NCBI GenBank assembly: GCA_963812155.1
Contig: CAWETW010000002.1
Location: forward strand, 1 to 64,000
Reading direction: 5' to 3'
DNA: 64,000 bases
From: Vulcanimicrobiota bacterium
Lineage (GTDB): Bacteria; Vulcanimicrobiota; Vulcanimicrobiia; Vulcanimicrobiales; Vulcanimicrobiaceae
In this document: positions 30,471 through 43,745 of the stretch, one piece after another
Layout: each line of letters opens with the position of its first letter
Numbering within the stretch: the first letter of the stretch is position 1
Translations under genes and position numbers: made by a program
Notes under the pieces: model-generated
Databases searched by the model: none
What the model was told of the DNA's origin: nothing
What the model saw: only the letters and a program-made list of their open reading frames with translations

Positions 30471-31813
30471 TTATCCGACCCGCACCAGCAGCGCGTCGCC
30501 CTGGCCGCCGCCCGAACAGATCGAGGCGATGCCGTAGCCGCCGCCGCGCTTGCGCAGTTGGTTGATCAAGGTGCCGACGAACCGCGCTCCGGATGCGCCG
30601 ATCGGATGACCCATTGCGACCGCGCCGCCAAACTGATTGATCTCGCCTTCGTCCAGGCCGAGATTGCGCGCCGACGAAATCGCCACGGCGGAGAAGGCTT
30701 CGTTGATCTCCCACACGGCGATGTCGCTGCGCGAGAGCCCGTGCGATCGAGCAGTTTCTGCGCCGCCATCGCCGGCGTCAAGCAGATGTACGGCGAATCC
30801 CATGCGACCGTGGCGTGCTCTTCAATCGTGGCGAGCGCCTCGTATCCGTGTTGCGCCGCATAGTCGGCGTCGGCGAGAATGAGCGCCGCCGCACCGTCGT
30901 TCACGCCCGGCGCGTTGCCCGCCGTGATCGTGCCGTCGCGCTCGAGCGGCTGCAGTTTCGCCATCGATTCCAAACTTGCGTCGCCGCGAACCGCTTCGTC
31001 GCGATCGACGAGCGCCGACGGTTCGTTCCCGGTCACGAACGGCGCCATACGCTTCGTAGTCGAGCGTAAACTGTTGCGAGGGTTCGTGCTCCCAGACGCG
31101 GCTGCGCGCACCGCCGGCGGCCGCCGGAACGCGCGCTTGTCCGCGCCGCGGCAGCGCGTCGACGACGACTTTGCCTTTGGCTTTCGTCGCCACTTTTACC
31201 GGCACGATCTCGTCGGCGAAACGTCCGGCATCATGCGTCGCCGCCGTGCGCTGATGGCTCGCGAACGCGAACCGGTCTTGCTCTTCGCGCGTCAATCCCA
31301 ATTCGTTGGCGACCTTACTGCCTTGCGATGCCATCGTCATCGGGAAATACTGATCCCACAGTCCGTCGTAGATCATCGCGTCGATCAGCGTTCCGTCGCC
31401 GAAGCGGTAGCCGCAGCGCGCGTCGCGCAGCAGATAGGGCGCGTTCGACATCGACTCCATGCCGCCGGCGGCAATCACCGCGTTCGCGCCGGCATTGATC
31501 GCGCGCATCGCGTGCACGACCGCAACGAGTCCCGACGCGCAAACCTTGTTGACCGTCTCGGCCGTCATGGTCTTGGCGAGCCCGGCTTTGAAGACGACTT
31601 GGCGCGCCGGATTCTGACCGACGCCCGCCTGCAGAACTTCGCCGAACATCACGTGCTCGACTTCGGTCGGATCGATTTCGCGCGTTCGATCGCGCCGGAC
31701 AGCGCAACCGCTCCGAGCGTCGTCGCAGTGAGCGGGGCCAGACCGCCGCCGAGTTTGCCGAACGGCGTACGAGCCGTCGAGAGCACGACGGCTTTGGAAC
31801 GGGTATTCATCAT
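30471..31813 (-). CDS. Acetyl-CoA C-acyltransferase (thiolase; several frameshifts)
   Basis: [54 protein letters not shown]. Confidence 0.92.
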
Positions 31814-31923
31814 AGCCCGCGACCCTTCGCGCGCGCTCCCGGCCTCACCTAGGCTCCGTTCCGCATTGAAAAGGTTGCCGGCGGCGGCTCGTGCGCGTTC
31901 GGGACGCTCGGGCAGCCCCTATT

Positions 31924-32787
31924 TCAGTGCCTCACGACGATGGGGCAATTGTCGCATTCGAATTGAATGGTCGCATGCGTGATGCCGAAATCGGATTCAA
32001 GGCAGCGATTGATGTCGCGTAAGACGTCGGTCGCTTCGCTCAGGCGGCGGTCGTCGAGCAGCACGTGCGCGGAGAGCGCGTGCGAGCCGCTGGCGATCGA
32101 CCAGACGTGCAGGTCGTGAACGCCGGTGACGCCGCCGATGCGCTCGAGGCGCGCGACCAGATCCGGCGCGTCGACGTCGCCGGGCACGCTCTCGAGCAAC
32201 ACGTTGGTCGCGTCGCGCATCAAGCGAACGACGCCCGTGACGATGATCGCCGCGACGAAGAGCGAGAGCGCCGGATCGATCCAGGCCGCGTGCGTGAAGG
32301 CGATGACGATGCCGCCCGCGATGACGGCGGCGGCGCCGAGAACGTCGCCCAACACGTGGAACAGCGCCGCACGCACGTTGAGATCGCTGCCACCCTGCCG
32401 GTGCAGCACCACGCCGACGCAGACGTTGAGCGAGAGACCGATTGCGGCGACCACCGTCATCGTGAGCGCGTGCGGCTCGACCGGCGTGCCGAAACGGCGA
32501 ATCGCCTCATACGCGATGACCAGGGTGGCGACGAGCAGCAGCGTTCCGTTGACGAGCGCGCCCAGCACTTCGATGCGTCCGTAACCGTACGTGCGGCGCG
32601 GGTCGGCGGGGCGCGCAGCGCCGAATGCGGCGATCAACGCGATCGTCAACGCGAAGAGATCCATGCAGACGTGGACCGCGTCGCTCGTCAGCGCGAGGCT
32701 GCGCGAGCGTATGCCGCCCCAGAACTCGAGCGCCGCGACCAACGCCGTCACGCATAATGCGAAAACGAGGCCGGCGCGGGGCTTCAT
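31924..32787 (-). CDS. CDF family (CzcD/ZitB-like) metal efflux transporter
   Basis: SLALTSDAVH, TYGYGRIE, HVLGD, VHDLHVW, HATIQFE. Confidence 0.93.
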   Translation of the reverse strand: MKPRAGLVFALCVTALVAALEFWGGIRSRSLALTSDAVHVCMDLFALTIALIAAFGAARPADPRRTYGYGRIEVLGALVNGTLLLVATLVIAYEAIRRFGTPVEPHALTMTVVAAIGLSLNVCVGVVLHRQGGSDLNVRAALFHVLGDVLGAAAVIAGGIVIAFTHAAWIDPALSLFVAAIIVTGVVRLMRDATNVLLESVPGDVDAPDLVARLERIGGVTGVHDLHVWSIASGSHALSAHVLLDDRRLSEATDVLRDINRCLESDFGITHATIQFECDNCPIVVRH

Positions 32788-32792
32788 CGCCT

Positions 32793-33380
32793 TTACGCTT
32801 TCAATGCCTTCAACGCCAGCGCCGCGAGCATCGCGCCGAACGTCGCGAACGTGCGGCTTTCGGCTTCTTTGATGACGGAAGGCCGCCACGTGCCTCTTCC
32901 GCCGCCGGCCGGTTCGAGTCGCGGAATCACCGGAGGAACCTCGGCGCAATACGCATCGAACGCTTCGCCGAACTGCGATCTGAGAAAACCTTCTTCGTGC
33001 GGCACGATCGTCGCATAGACGCCGGCCATTGCGGCGAGCGAACCCGCGACCAGCGCCAAACGCGCCAACGGTGAATTACGGCCCGTGAACGCGATCGCGA
33101 AGCCGGCCGCCGTGACGAAGTTGCCGACGTACAGCGGGTTGCGCACGTACGCGTACGGCCCGGCGGTGACCAGTTCCGGCGCCGTCACTTCGTCGCCGCG
33201 CGTGGTGACGCCGGAGTATCCGACCGCCCAGCAGCGCACGAGTTCGCCTGCGATTGCCAGCGGAAGTCCGAGCGTGACGCTCAGCGCGCTCGGCTTTCCG
33301 AACGCCGTCAACGCGACGGCCGGCACGGCCAGCAGCGCGCCGCGATTTTTGAAGACGAAGGCTTGCACCGAGCCGGTCAT
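32793..33380 (-). CDS. Isoprenylcysteine carboxylmethyltransferase/PEMT family membrane protein
   Basis: LVTAGPYAYVRNPLYVGN, EEGFLRSQFG. Confidence 0.88.
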   Translation of the reverse strand: MTGSVQAFVFKNRGALLAVPAVALTAFGKPSALSVTLGLPLAIAGELVRCWAVGYSGVTTRGDEVTAPELVTAGPYAYVRNPLYVGNFVTAAGFAIAFTGRNSPLARLALVAGSLAAMAGVYATIVPHEEGFLRSQFGEAFDAYCAEVPPVIPRLEPAGGGRGTWRPSVIKEAESRTFATFGAMLAALALKALKA

Positions 33381-34340
33381 GCGGTCCAAGGGTTACCCGC
33401 GGGAGCGCGGATTCCCCATGCGTGAGCGTACACTTCGCGCAGCGAACGTTCGAGCGGGATCGCGGGCGCCCAGCCGCAGCGCGAGCGCAACTTTTCCGCG
33501 CTGCCGAAGAACACCGGCACGTCGAGCGGACGAAACCGCTGCGGATCCTCACGGACCTCCACGGCCACGCCGGCGATGTGAATCAAATCGCGCAGAAGGT
33601 CGCGCACTTTGACCGGCGTTCCGCTGCACACGTTATACGTTTCGCCGCCGACGCCGTCGCGGGCGAGGGCGCAATACGCATCAACGACGTCGCGCACGTC
33701 GAGAAAATCGCGCGCGGCGTTCGAGATTGCCGACCATGAGCAGCGGCTCGCCGCCGGCGGCGATCGCAGCGAGTTGCGCTGCCAGCGACGGCACGACGAA
33801 ACGTTCGCTCTGCCCCGGCCCGATATGATTGAACGCACGCGCGACGACTACGTCCATTCCGAACGCGCGCGACTCCGCCATGAGAATCGCTTCGGCGGCA
33901 CACTTACTCGCAGCGTACGGCGTTGCCGGACGCGGTTCGAGCGTTTCGCGCAGCGGAAAATCGGCGGCGTCGCGCGCGCCGTAGACTTCCGCCGAACTCG
34001 TAAACAGAATGCGCGGCATCGGCGCGCCGGCGGCCGCGTACTCGCGCACCGCCTGCGTCAGCCGCGCGGTACCGATCGCATTCGTTTCATAGGTCGCGGC
34101 CGGCGACGAAAACGAATCCGGCACGAACGTCTGCGCCGCCAAGTGGAAGACGACGTCGGGACGCCCGATATCGAGCGCCGCGCGAAGCGAAGCAACGTCT
34201 GCCAAGTCGAGTGGAACGAAGCCCCCGATGTCGTTTTCGTGCGGGCCGCCGCACTCCAGCGTCTCGTAACCCTCACGGCGCAGCGCGCCCACCAAATAGC
34301 GCCCGACGAAGCCGCTCGCCCCCGTGACCAGCGCGCGCAC
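33377..34340 (-). CDS. GDP-4-keto-6-deoxymannose reductase-like SDR (Rmd-like; frameshift near 33720)
   Basis: VTGASGFVG, HLAAQ, YAASK, RAFNHIGPGQ, RDFLDVRDVV; directly downstream of gmd. Confidence 0.8.
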
Positions 34341-34346
34341 GCGTCG

Positions 34347-36084
<1,738 letters not shown>

Positions 36085-36088
<4 letters not shown>

Positions 36089-37640
36089 GCCGTCACCGGT
36101 TCGCCGCGCAGCGCGCGCACAAATGGATTGACGTAGCCGGCGGCGCGTTCGAAGACGCCGTCGAAGCCGCGGCCGCCGTCCGGCGAGCGCTTCACGTCGG
36201 CGAACGTCGCGGCGTCGATCGCCTCCATCAATCCGAGATCGGCGACGCGTTCGAGCAGCGCTTCGCAACCGGCCAGCACGTCGTCGGCGCGCCGCTCGAT
36301 GCGGCCGCCCGGGCGCACGCTGATTTCGTCGCCGAAATGGCGCGCGGTGTTCATGATGTAGCGCGCGTTCTCCAGCGACAGCGCGCGGTCGGCAAGGTAC
36401 GGCGTGTGAATCGCCTCGGTGAGCATGCCGCAGAGATGAATCGTTTGTCCGGTCATCACCGACGTCAAGTTGAAGAGCGCGTCGATGAGATGACCTTTGA
36501 AGACGTCGCCGGTCATGTGTTTGGTGGGCGGCATGTACTTGAGCGGTGCGTCGGGGAAGATCTGCCGTTCGAGCTGCGCCTGTGCGACTTGGTAGAGGAA
36601 GCCGTCCTGGAGATCCGGATCGATTTCGTATGCGTCGCCCAGGCCGATCTGCTCGTCGGGCAGTCCGGCGCGGTGCGCGAACTCCTCGTTGATGAACTGC
36701 GAAGCCAGCACCGCGGGCGCTTGCTCGACGGCGTCGGCGGTCGTGAGGTAGTTGTCTTCGCCGGTGTTGATGATGATGCCCGAATACGCGTTGAGCGCGC
36801 GGCTGAAGTGCTGGTCGATGAACGTGCGCTTCATGTTGATGTCGCGGAAGAGAATGCCGTACATCGAGTCGTTGAGCAGCATGTCGAGCCGCTCGATCGC
36901 AGCCATCGCCGCGATCTCGGGCATGCAGAGGCCGCTCGCGTAGTTGGTGAGCATCACGTAGCGCCCGAGTTTTTCCGAGACCTCGTCGAGCGCCGCGCGC
37001 ATGATGCGGAAGTTCGCCTGCGTCGCGTAGGTGCCGCCGAAGCCTTCGGTCGTCGGCCCGTACGGCACGAAGTCGAGCAGCGATTGTCCGGTCGAGCGGA
37101 TGACCGCGATGACTTGGGCGCCGGCTTCGGCGGCGGCCACCGCCGCAGTGCGGTCTTCGTAGATGTTGCCGCTGGCGACGATCACGTACAGCAGCGGCGC
37201 GGGCTCCTGCGGAAGACGTTCGAGCAACGCACTGCGCTCGGCGCGGCGCGAACGCAGGTGTGAGAGCGCCGCCTCGACGTGCGGCCGCAACGCGCCGGCG
37301 TCGCGGCCCCGTCGGGGACGTCGTCGAAATCGGCCAGCGCGCGGCTTCCGCCCGCAATCGCCTCGCCGAGGGTCGCCGGCGTGAGACCCGTTTCGGCGAT
37401 CGCCCGGCCGAAGGCCAGCGCAACGCCGCGGCTGCGCTGGGCGGCGGTCAGCGAGTCGACGATCAGATTCGGGGCGGGAACGTCGTCGCGACCGACCCCG
37501 TCGACGCCCAGCAAGCGCAGCACCGCCCGCTCGACCGAGACCGTCGAATGGCCGTCGATGAACTCCTCGACGGGCGCGACGATAGCGGCCGCCAGCGTGC
37601 GGCAGCGGTCGACGGCGGCGCGGTCGATGCGGATCTCCAC
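36085..37640 (-). CDS. kamD: Lysine 5,6-aminomutase alpha subunit (frameshift near 37300)
   Basis: STVSVERAVLRLLG, YVIVASGNIYED, IRSTGQSLLD, NYASGLCMPE, NTGEDNY, KYMPPTK, TEAIHTP. Confidence 0.93.
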
Positions 37641-37655
37641 GGGAGAGTCTTTGGC

Positions 37656-38533
37656 TTACGGGGCTGAAGGCGCCTTGCCGCGCGCGGAGAGCGCGAGGTA
37701 GGCCGCGATGACCTTCTTGCCACGAGGGCATGTCGAAGCCCAGATCGGCGAGTTTGCGGCTCTCCAATGCGGAGAAGGCCGGACGCCGGGCGGGCATCTT
37801 CCACTGGTCCGCCGAGATGCGCTCGACGCTCGCCGCCACGCCCGCCTGCGCGAGCGCCTCGCGCGCAAAGTCGTACCAGCTGACCGGTCCGACGTTGGCG
37901 GCGTGATAGAGGCCGGCTGCGCCCGCCTCCACCAAGCGCCCGCAGCGCCGCCGCCAGATGGCCGGCGAAGGTCGGCGACGCGAAGACGTCATCCACGATC
38001 CGCAGCGGTTCTCCCGACCGGCCCTGCGCGATGACGCGATCGACGAACGTATAGCCTTTGCTCGCCGAAGGGCGGACGCCGTAGACGCCGCACGTCCGCA
38101 CCACCAGGGCGTCCGAGCCGAGCGCTTCGGTCAGCAGCTCGCCGGCGAGCTTCGAGACGCCGTACGCGGAAATCGGGTGCACCGGGTCCTCCTCCCGGTA
38201 CGGCCGCGCCGATGTACCGTCAAAGACGTAGTCGCTGCTGACGGTGACGAAGCGAACGCCCCGCCCGCCGCACAGCCGCGCGGCTCGTCCGACCGCAAGC
38301 GCGTTCACGGCGAGCGCGCGTTCCGGCTCCAGCTCGCACTGGTCGACGTTGTGAAAGGCCGAGCAGTTTACGACGGCTTCAGGCTGATGGCGTTCGAGCG
38401 CGGCCGCAAGCGCGCCGGTATCTTCCAGGTCGAGATCCGCGTGCGGCGGCGCAATCAACGTCCAGTCGGTCCAGTGGCGCCGAATCTCGGTTCCGAGCTG
38501 TCCCGAGCCGCCGACGACCAGCGCCCGCCTCAC
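37656..38533 (-). CDS. rfbD: dTDP-4-dehydrorhamnose reductase (frameshifts in the 3' third)
   Basis: GGSGQLG, SSDYVFDG, YGVSKLAGE, ARRPAFSAL. Confidence 0.9.
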
Positions 38534-39834
38534 GGCCGGGTCGCCGCCGTTGCGCGTTGTCCGTGCAGCGACTGCCAACCCAACGCGCACGCTACCGCGA
38601 TCGCGGTCAGCGCGTTTCCGATGGCGACGATGTGCACGACCTGTTCCAACGACGCATGCATCGCCGCAATAGCGAGCAGCGTTCCCGCAACGCCGACGAG
38701 CAGCGGGGCCGCAAACGCGATGCGGTGCGTCGCGATGCCGTAGGCACCGAGCACGCTGCTAAGCGCAAGGAACGTCATCGCCGCGCTATAGGGCAGCAAC
38801 AGCGGCGCGGCCGCATCGAAAGCGTGACCGACGAGCGCGTGCAGCAGCACGATGCCGAAGAGCCGAACCGCAATCAGCCCGGCCACCGAGATGCCCAGGA
38901 GCAAGGCGACGCACATCGCCAACGCGTCGCGCGTGCGTTCGCCGCGGACGTGACGCTCGGTGGCTTGCGGCAGCAGCACGGTCGGAACGAAACCGACGAA
39001 GTACAGCAGGATCTTTCCGGCCAGCGATGCTGCCGAATAGATGCCGGCTTGCTCGGGATCGAAGAAATGTTTGACGAGGATCACGTCCGCCGATCCGATC
39101 AAGGCGCCGGCCAGCGTAATCGCGGCCGCGCCGATGCCGCTGATCGCGATGCGCCGCCAATCGTAGTGAATGATGCAGCCTTCGACCGCACGGAAACGAG
39201 CCGTCAGGTTGAACGCAATCGCGGTCGCGCCGCCGATCGCCCCGCACAAAAAGCCGAGCATGCCGCCCAGCAAGGTCAGGCCGACGGCCGTGAAGAGCAC
39301 GACGCCGGCGACTTTGGCAACGCCGTCGGCGACACAGGATCGCGCGAATCCGGCGAAGTCTTGCGTCCCTTGCGCGACCGCGCGCAGTACCAAACTCAGC
39401 AGCAGCGTGCCGCCGAGAACGGCCACGAGCGGAACGATCCACGGCGGCGCGTGGAGGAACGCCGCTGCCGCCCGCATGGTCACCAGGGAGACGGCCACGT
39501 AGATCGCACCGAGAATTCCGAAAGCGCGCGCGACGTCAACGACCAGCCGGCGCACGTGCCGGTCGTCGTGCAGCACGCGAAACTCGGCGGCAAATCGTGC
39601 AATGACGGGCGCCGCCAGATTCGCCGGGACGGCCAGAATCGTGCTCGTTGAAATTAAGGCGTAGAGAATGCCGTAGTCGTCAACGCCGATACGCCGGCTG
39701 GCGACCGCGTGGAAGGCGAATCCGCCCAGATTGAGCACCATCGTGGCGGCAAAAACCAGCACTCCCTGGCGCACCATAATGCTGCCTTGAAGCCGGGCAA
39801 TGCCGCGATCGATCAAGCCCGAAACTGACGCCAT
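38530..39834 (-). CDS. Wzx/MOP-family oligosaccharide flippase
   Basis: About 12 hydrophobic segments; DYGILYAL, DVILVKHFF...AGIYSAA. Confidence 0.8.
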   Translation of the reverse strand: MASVSGLIDRGIARLQGSIMVRQGVLVFAATMVLNLGGFAFHAVASRRIGVDDYGILYALISTSTILAVPANLAAPVIARFAAEFRVLHDDRHVRRLVVDVARAFGILGAIYVAVSLVTMRAAAAFLHAPPWIVPLVAVLGGTLLLSLVLRAVAQGTQDFAGFARSCVADGVAKVAGVVLFTAVGLTLLGGMLGFLCGAIGGATAIAFNLTARFRAVEGCIIHYDWRRIAISGIGAAAITLAGALIGSADVILVKHFFDPEQAGIYSAASLAGKILLYFVGFVPTVLLPQATERHVRGERTRDALAMCVALLLGISVAGLIAVRLFGIVLLHALVGHAFDAAAPLLLPYSAAMTFLALSSVLGAYGIATHRIAFAAPLLVGVAGTLLAIAAMHASLEQVVHIVAIGNALTAIAVACALGWQSLHGQRATAATRP

Positions 39835-39923
39835 GGCCTGTTGCCCCGTCTCCCAAGTGAGCGAATCCCTTCGTCCGGCCTACGAGGAAGGGTCTCCCGA
39901 ATCCCTTTTGAACGGGGCTGGCC

Positions 39924-40469
39924 ATGCACGTCGAGCAGCTCCCGGTCGCGGGCGCGTTGGCGCTCACGCTGCCGGCGTATTCCGACGAACGCGGCTTTTT
40001 CAAAGAAACGTACTCCTCGACGCGCTATAGCGATGCCGGGGTTCCCGACCAGTTCGTGCAGGACAACGTCTCGTTCTCGCACCGCAACGTGCTGCGCGGC
40101 CTTCACGGCGCGCGCGGCATGAGCAAGCTGGTCGGCGTGCTCGCCGGAGAGGCGTATGACGTGATGGTCGACGTGCGGCCCGAAAGCCCGACGCGCGGTC
40201 GCTGGCACGGCGAGACGCTGCGCGCCGGCGAACACCGTCAACTCTACGTTCCGGCCGGCTGCCTGCACGGCTTCGTGGCGTTGACCGACGGCGTCATCTT
40301 CCTTTACAAGCAGAGCGCCCTGTACGACCCGGCTGCGGAGTTCGGCGTTCGCTTCGACGACCCGGACCTCGGCGTTGCGTGGCCGGTCGACGCGTCGCAG
40401 GCCATCGTGTCGGCCAAGGACGCAGCGAACCCGAGCGCTCGCTCCCTGGGCCTGCTCGCAAACCGCTGA
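39924..40469 (+). CDS. rfbC: dTDP-4-dehydrorhamnose 3,5-epimerase
   Basis: DERGFFKE, QDNVSFS, VLRGLH, VPAGCLHGF. Confidence 0.95.
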   Translation: MHVEQLPVAGALALTLPAYSDERGFFKETYSSTRYSDAGVPDQFVQDNVSFSHRNVLRGLHGARGMSKLVGVLAGEAYDVMVDVRPESPTRGRWHGETLRAGEHRQLYVPAGCLHGFVALTDGVIFLYKQSALYDPAAEFGVRFDDPDLGVAWPVDASQAIVSAKDAANPSARSLGLLANR

Positions 40470-40472
40470 AGC

Positions 40473-40498
40473 GTAACAAACGCGGCTGCATGCGGGTA
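40473..40498 (+). promoter_or_regulatory. Possible autoregulatory ECF promoter
   Basis: GTAAC-N17-GGTA just upstream of the ECF gene; resembles AAC...GT ECF promoters. Confidence 0.35.
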
Positions 40499-40522
40499 GA
40501 CCTCCGCTAGAGACACCCACCG

Positions 40523-41131
40523 GTGACGGATGAAGAGTTAGTCTCACGAGTTCGCGAGGGAGAAAGGGAGCTTTTCGCGGTGCTGGTCGAGCGCTACAAG
40601 CGCGGAATTGCAAACTTCGTCGGCGCGAGCCTCCGCGACGCTGCCGACGTGGCCGACCTCTCGCAAGAGACGTTCCTGCGCGCGTACGCGCATTTGGGAA
40701 CGTTCAATCCGCAACTCGGAAAGTTCTCGACCTGGATCTATCAAATCGCGCGCAACGTCGTTCGCACGCATCTGGGCCGATCGCTGCGCCGTCCCGTCGC
40801 GCAACCGCTTTCCGAGGATCAAACGCTCGAGAACTCGCTTCCCGATCCGTCGCGCGAGGCCGATCCGGCCGGCGGCGTGTTGCGCGAGGAAGCCGAGCGC
40901 CAACTCCGCGCGGCGCTGGCGGAGCTCCCCGAACGAACGCGCACGGTGCTCGCCTTGCGGTATTTCGACAGCATGGAGTATCACACGATCGCCAGTACGC
41001 TCGGGCTTTCGCTGGGCAACGTCAAGACGCTGATCCACCGCGGTAAGATCGCGCTGGCCAAGAAGCTGCGCGAGATCGAAGAGCGCGCCGTGCCGGGCAG
41101 AGGAGGGCCGCGTGCGCTGCTCCTGGTGTGA
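40523..41131 (+). CDS. ECF sigma factor (SigW/RpoE-like)
   Basis: DLSQETFLRAY, FSTWIYQIARN, LGNVKTLIHRG. Confidence 0.93.
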   Translation: MTDEELVSRVREGERELFAVLVERYKRGIANFVGASLRDAADVADLSQETFLRAYAHLGTFNPQLGKFSTWIYQIARNVVRTHLGRSLRRPVAQPLSEDQTLENSLPDPSREADPAGGVLREEAERQLRAALAELPERTRTVLALRYFDSMEYHTIASTLGLSLGNVKTLIHRGKIALAKKLREIEERAVPGRGGPRALLLV

Positions 41132-41654
41132 GCCGCTGCTCGATGCGTACGTCGAGGGAACGCTCGACGCGGCGCAGACCGGCGCGATGGCGGCGCACTT
41201 GCGCACGTGTACGGCGTGCGATGCCGCGCATCGCCGGCTGCGCGTCGTCGACGCGCTGCTCATGACGGCGCGCGCGCCCGAGCTTGCGCGCGGACTTCAC
41301 CGGACACGTGATGACGGCGGTGCGCTTGCTGCCCGCTCCCGCACCGCTGCGTAAGCCGCTGCTTCCGCTTGCGGCGTTCTATCTCGTTGCGGCGTGGATC
41401 GTGACGGGCGCGGCCCTGACATTCCTGCGGCCGCACCTGCCGCTCGGCGCGCGTCACCGGAGCTCTGCAAAGTGTCGGCGCGGGCGGTCGCACAAGGATC
41501 GCACGCGATTTGGCCGATCGCGCCGTTTGCGCTGCCGGCAGTCGTGAGCGTGCTCGTCGTCGACGTGCTGCTCTTCGCCGCGGTGTTCGTGTTCTATCGC
41601 CGCGTCCGGCCGCGGCTGCGCGCCTATCTCGCCGCGCCGGTGGAGGCCGCATGA
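41112..41654 (+). CDS. Zinc-binding (zf-HC2) membrane anti-sigma factor (frameshifted)
   Basis: MRC...LDAYVEG...HLRTCTAC (HxxxCxxC), followed by TM helices in other frames. Confidence 0.85.
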
Positions 41655-42497
41655 TCTTGCAAGTCCGCCGCCGTCGCGACCCTCTTTCTTGCACTTTTTG
41701 CGGCCTTCGCCGCGCCGGCGCGCGCCGGGTCGAGCGTCTATCACGGCGGCACGTACGTGGGTTCGGTGGTCGTCGAGCCCGGGCAAATGGTCAAGGGCGA
41801 TCTCACCGTCATCGCCGGCGATGCGACGATTGCCGGCATGGTCGACGGCAACGTCGTCGTCATTGGCGGCGACCTCTACGAGCGTCCCGGCGCGGTCATC
41901 ACCGGACAAGTCAACACCGTCGGCGGCGACGTCGTCAGCGCGGTGGTGCCGTGGTCCTCGCCGCCCGATCGGCGGCCGCCGTTCGCCGATTACCGCATGC
42001 TCTGGCACATCGCGTCGGATCTCGTCGTCGTGCTCTTCTTCCTGATTTTCCCGATGCGCACGCGCATCGCGCTCGACCGCCTCGAACGCCATCCGGGGCT
42101 TTGCGCCGCGGTTGGACTCTTCGGTTGGGTCGCCGTACTGCCGCTCGCGCTGTTGCTGCTCTGCACGATCGTGCTGATTCCGTTCATCGTCCTCGAAGGC
42201 GTCGCGATCGTCGGCGCGATCTTCCTCGGGAAAGCGGCGCTCGGGCTTCTCGTCGGCCGTCGGCTGTGCGAGCTGATCAAGCCGTCGAGCACGCCGGCGC
42301 CCCTCGTCGCGCTGATCGCCGGCTTGGTACTCGTCACCGCGGCCGAACTCGTCCCGGTCATCGGTATCCTCGTGACGGTCTTCGTCTTCCTCATCGGCAT
42401 GGGCGCGGCAATCCTGGCGTTCACCGGCGAGCCGCTCGTCGGGCCCAGCGCCGCGCCGCGGCCACCGCTGAGCGGACCCCCGGTGCCCACTGGCTAA
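41651..42497 (+). CDS. Membrane protein with N-terminal polymer-forming/bactofilin-like beta-repeat domain (frameshift near the start)
   Basis: VKGDLTVIAGDATIAGMVDGNVVVIGGD...ITGQVNTVGGD followed by about 5 TM helices; third gene of the ECF operon. Confidence 0.75.
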
Positions 42498-42507
42498 CTA
42501 GCCTCCC

Positions 42508-43716
42508 GTGACGACGGTCTCCCGGGCGGCCAAGTTCGCGGCACGCACCGCGCATCTTCGCGCATCGACGATTCGCGAGATGCTCAAGGTGACGCAGCAG
42601 CCCGACGTGATCTCGTTCGGCGGCGGACTTCCCGCGCCCGAACTCTTCCCCACGCAAGGCATCGCCGATGCGTCTGCGCGCGTCATGGAGCGACGCGGCG
42701 CGGCGGCGCTTCAGTACAGCGTTACCGAGGGCATTCCCGAAATGCGCCGCTGGGTAGCGGAGCGGCTCTCGCGCCGCACCAATCGCACCTTCGAAGCCGA
42801 CGACGTTACCATCGTCAACGGCTCTCAGCAGGGGCTCGACCTCGTCGGAAAAATTTTCCTCGATCCGGGCGATCACGTCGTCCTCGAACATCCGTCGTAT
42901 CTCGGCGCGATTCAAGCGTTCGACGCGTATCAGGCGCGTTATCTCACGGTCGAAACCGACGACGACGGCGCCATTCCGGAGTCGCTGGAGCGCGTGCTCG
43001 ATCGCGCCGATCCATTTCCGAAGTTCGTCTACCTCGTCCCGAACTTTCAAAATCCGACCGGACGGACGCTGGCGCGAGAGCGCCGCGAGCGTATCGTTCG
43101 CATCTGCGAGCGTTACGATCTGCCGATCGTCGAGGACGATCCGTACGGCGAACTGCGCTTCGAAGGCGAAGATCTTCCGCCGCTCGCTTCGTATCCCAGC
43201 GCCGCGCCGATTCTCTACTCGGGCACCGGCAGCAAGATTATGTCGCCCGGAATGCGCGTTGCGTGGCTGGTGGTGCCGGACGAAGAAATCCGCGAAAAGA
43301 TCGTGCTCGCCAAACAGGGTTCGGATCTGCACAGCGGCACCTTCGCGCAATACGTCTTCCACGAATACGTCAGCGACGAAGCGGAGTTCGCCAGACACGT
43401 TGCGACGATCGCGCGTACGTACCGTCAACGCCGTGACGTCATGGCCGAAGCACTCTCCGCTTTCGCCTCGACCGGACTGCATTTCGTGCCGCCGCACGGT
43501 GGAATGTTTCTCTGGGTTACGCTTCCCGGGAGCGATACCACCGATTTGCTCGCGGTTTGCGCCGAGCAAAAAGTCGTTTTCGTGCCGGGGGTGAGTTTCT
43601 ATCCGAGCCGCGACGTACACGACGGCATGCGCCTGAACTTTTCCAATGCCTCGGAAGAGATGATACGCGTGGGCATCGAACGTCTCGGTCACGCCATCGG
43701 CACGTCCAAGCGTTAG
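42508..43716 (+). CDS. Class I/II PLP aminotransferase (LysN/2-aminoadipate transaminase-like)
   Basis: STIREMLK, SFGGGLPAPELFP, PNFQNPTG, EDDPYGEL, SKIMSPGMR. Confidence 0.9.
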   Translation: MTTVSRAAKFAARTAHLRASTIREMLKVTQQPDVISFGGGLPAPELFPTQGIADASARVMERRGAAALQYSVTEGIPEMRRWVAERLSRRTNRTFEADDVTIVNGSQQGLDLVGKIFLDPGDHVVLEHPSYLGAIQAFDAYQARYLTVETDDDGAIPESLERVLDRADPFPKFVYLVPNFQNPTGRTLARERRERIVRICERYDLPIVEDDPYGELRFEGEDLPPLASYPSAAPILYSGTGSKIMSPGMRVAWLVVPDEEIREKIVLAKQGSDLHSGTFAQYVFHEYVSDEAEFARHVATIARTYRQRRDVMAEALSAFASTGLHFVPPHGGMFLWVTLPGSDTTDLLAVCAEQKVVFVPGVSFYPSRDVHDGMRLNFSNASEEMIRVGIERLGHAIGTSKR

Positions 43717-43745
43717 TGTCAGTGCTGTTGTAAGGAGGACTTCGC

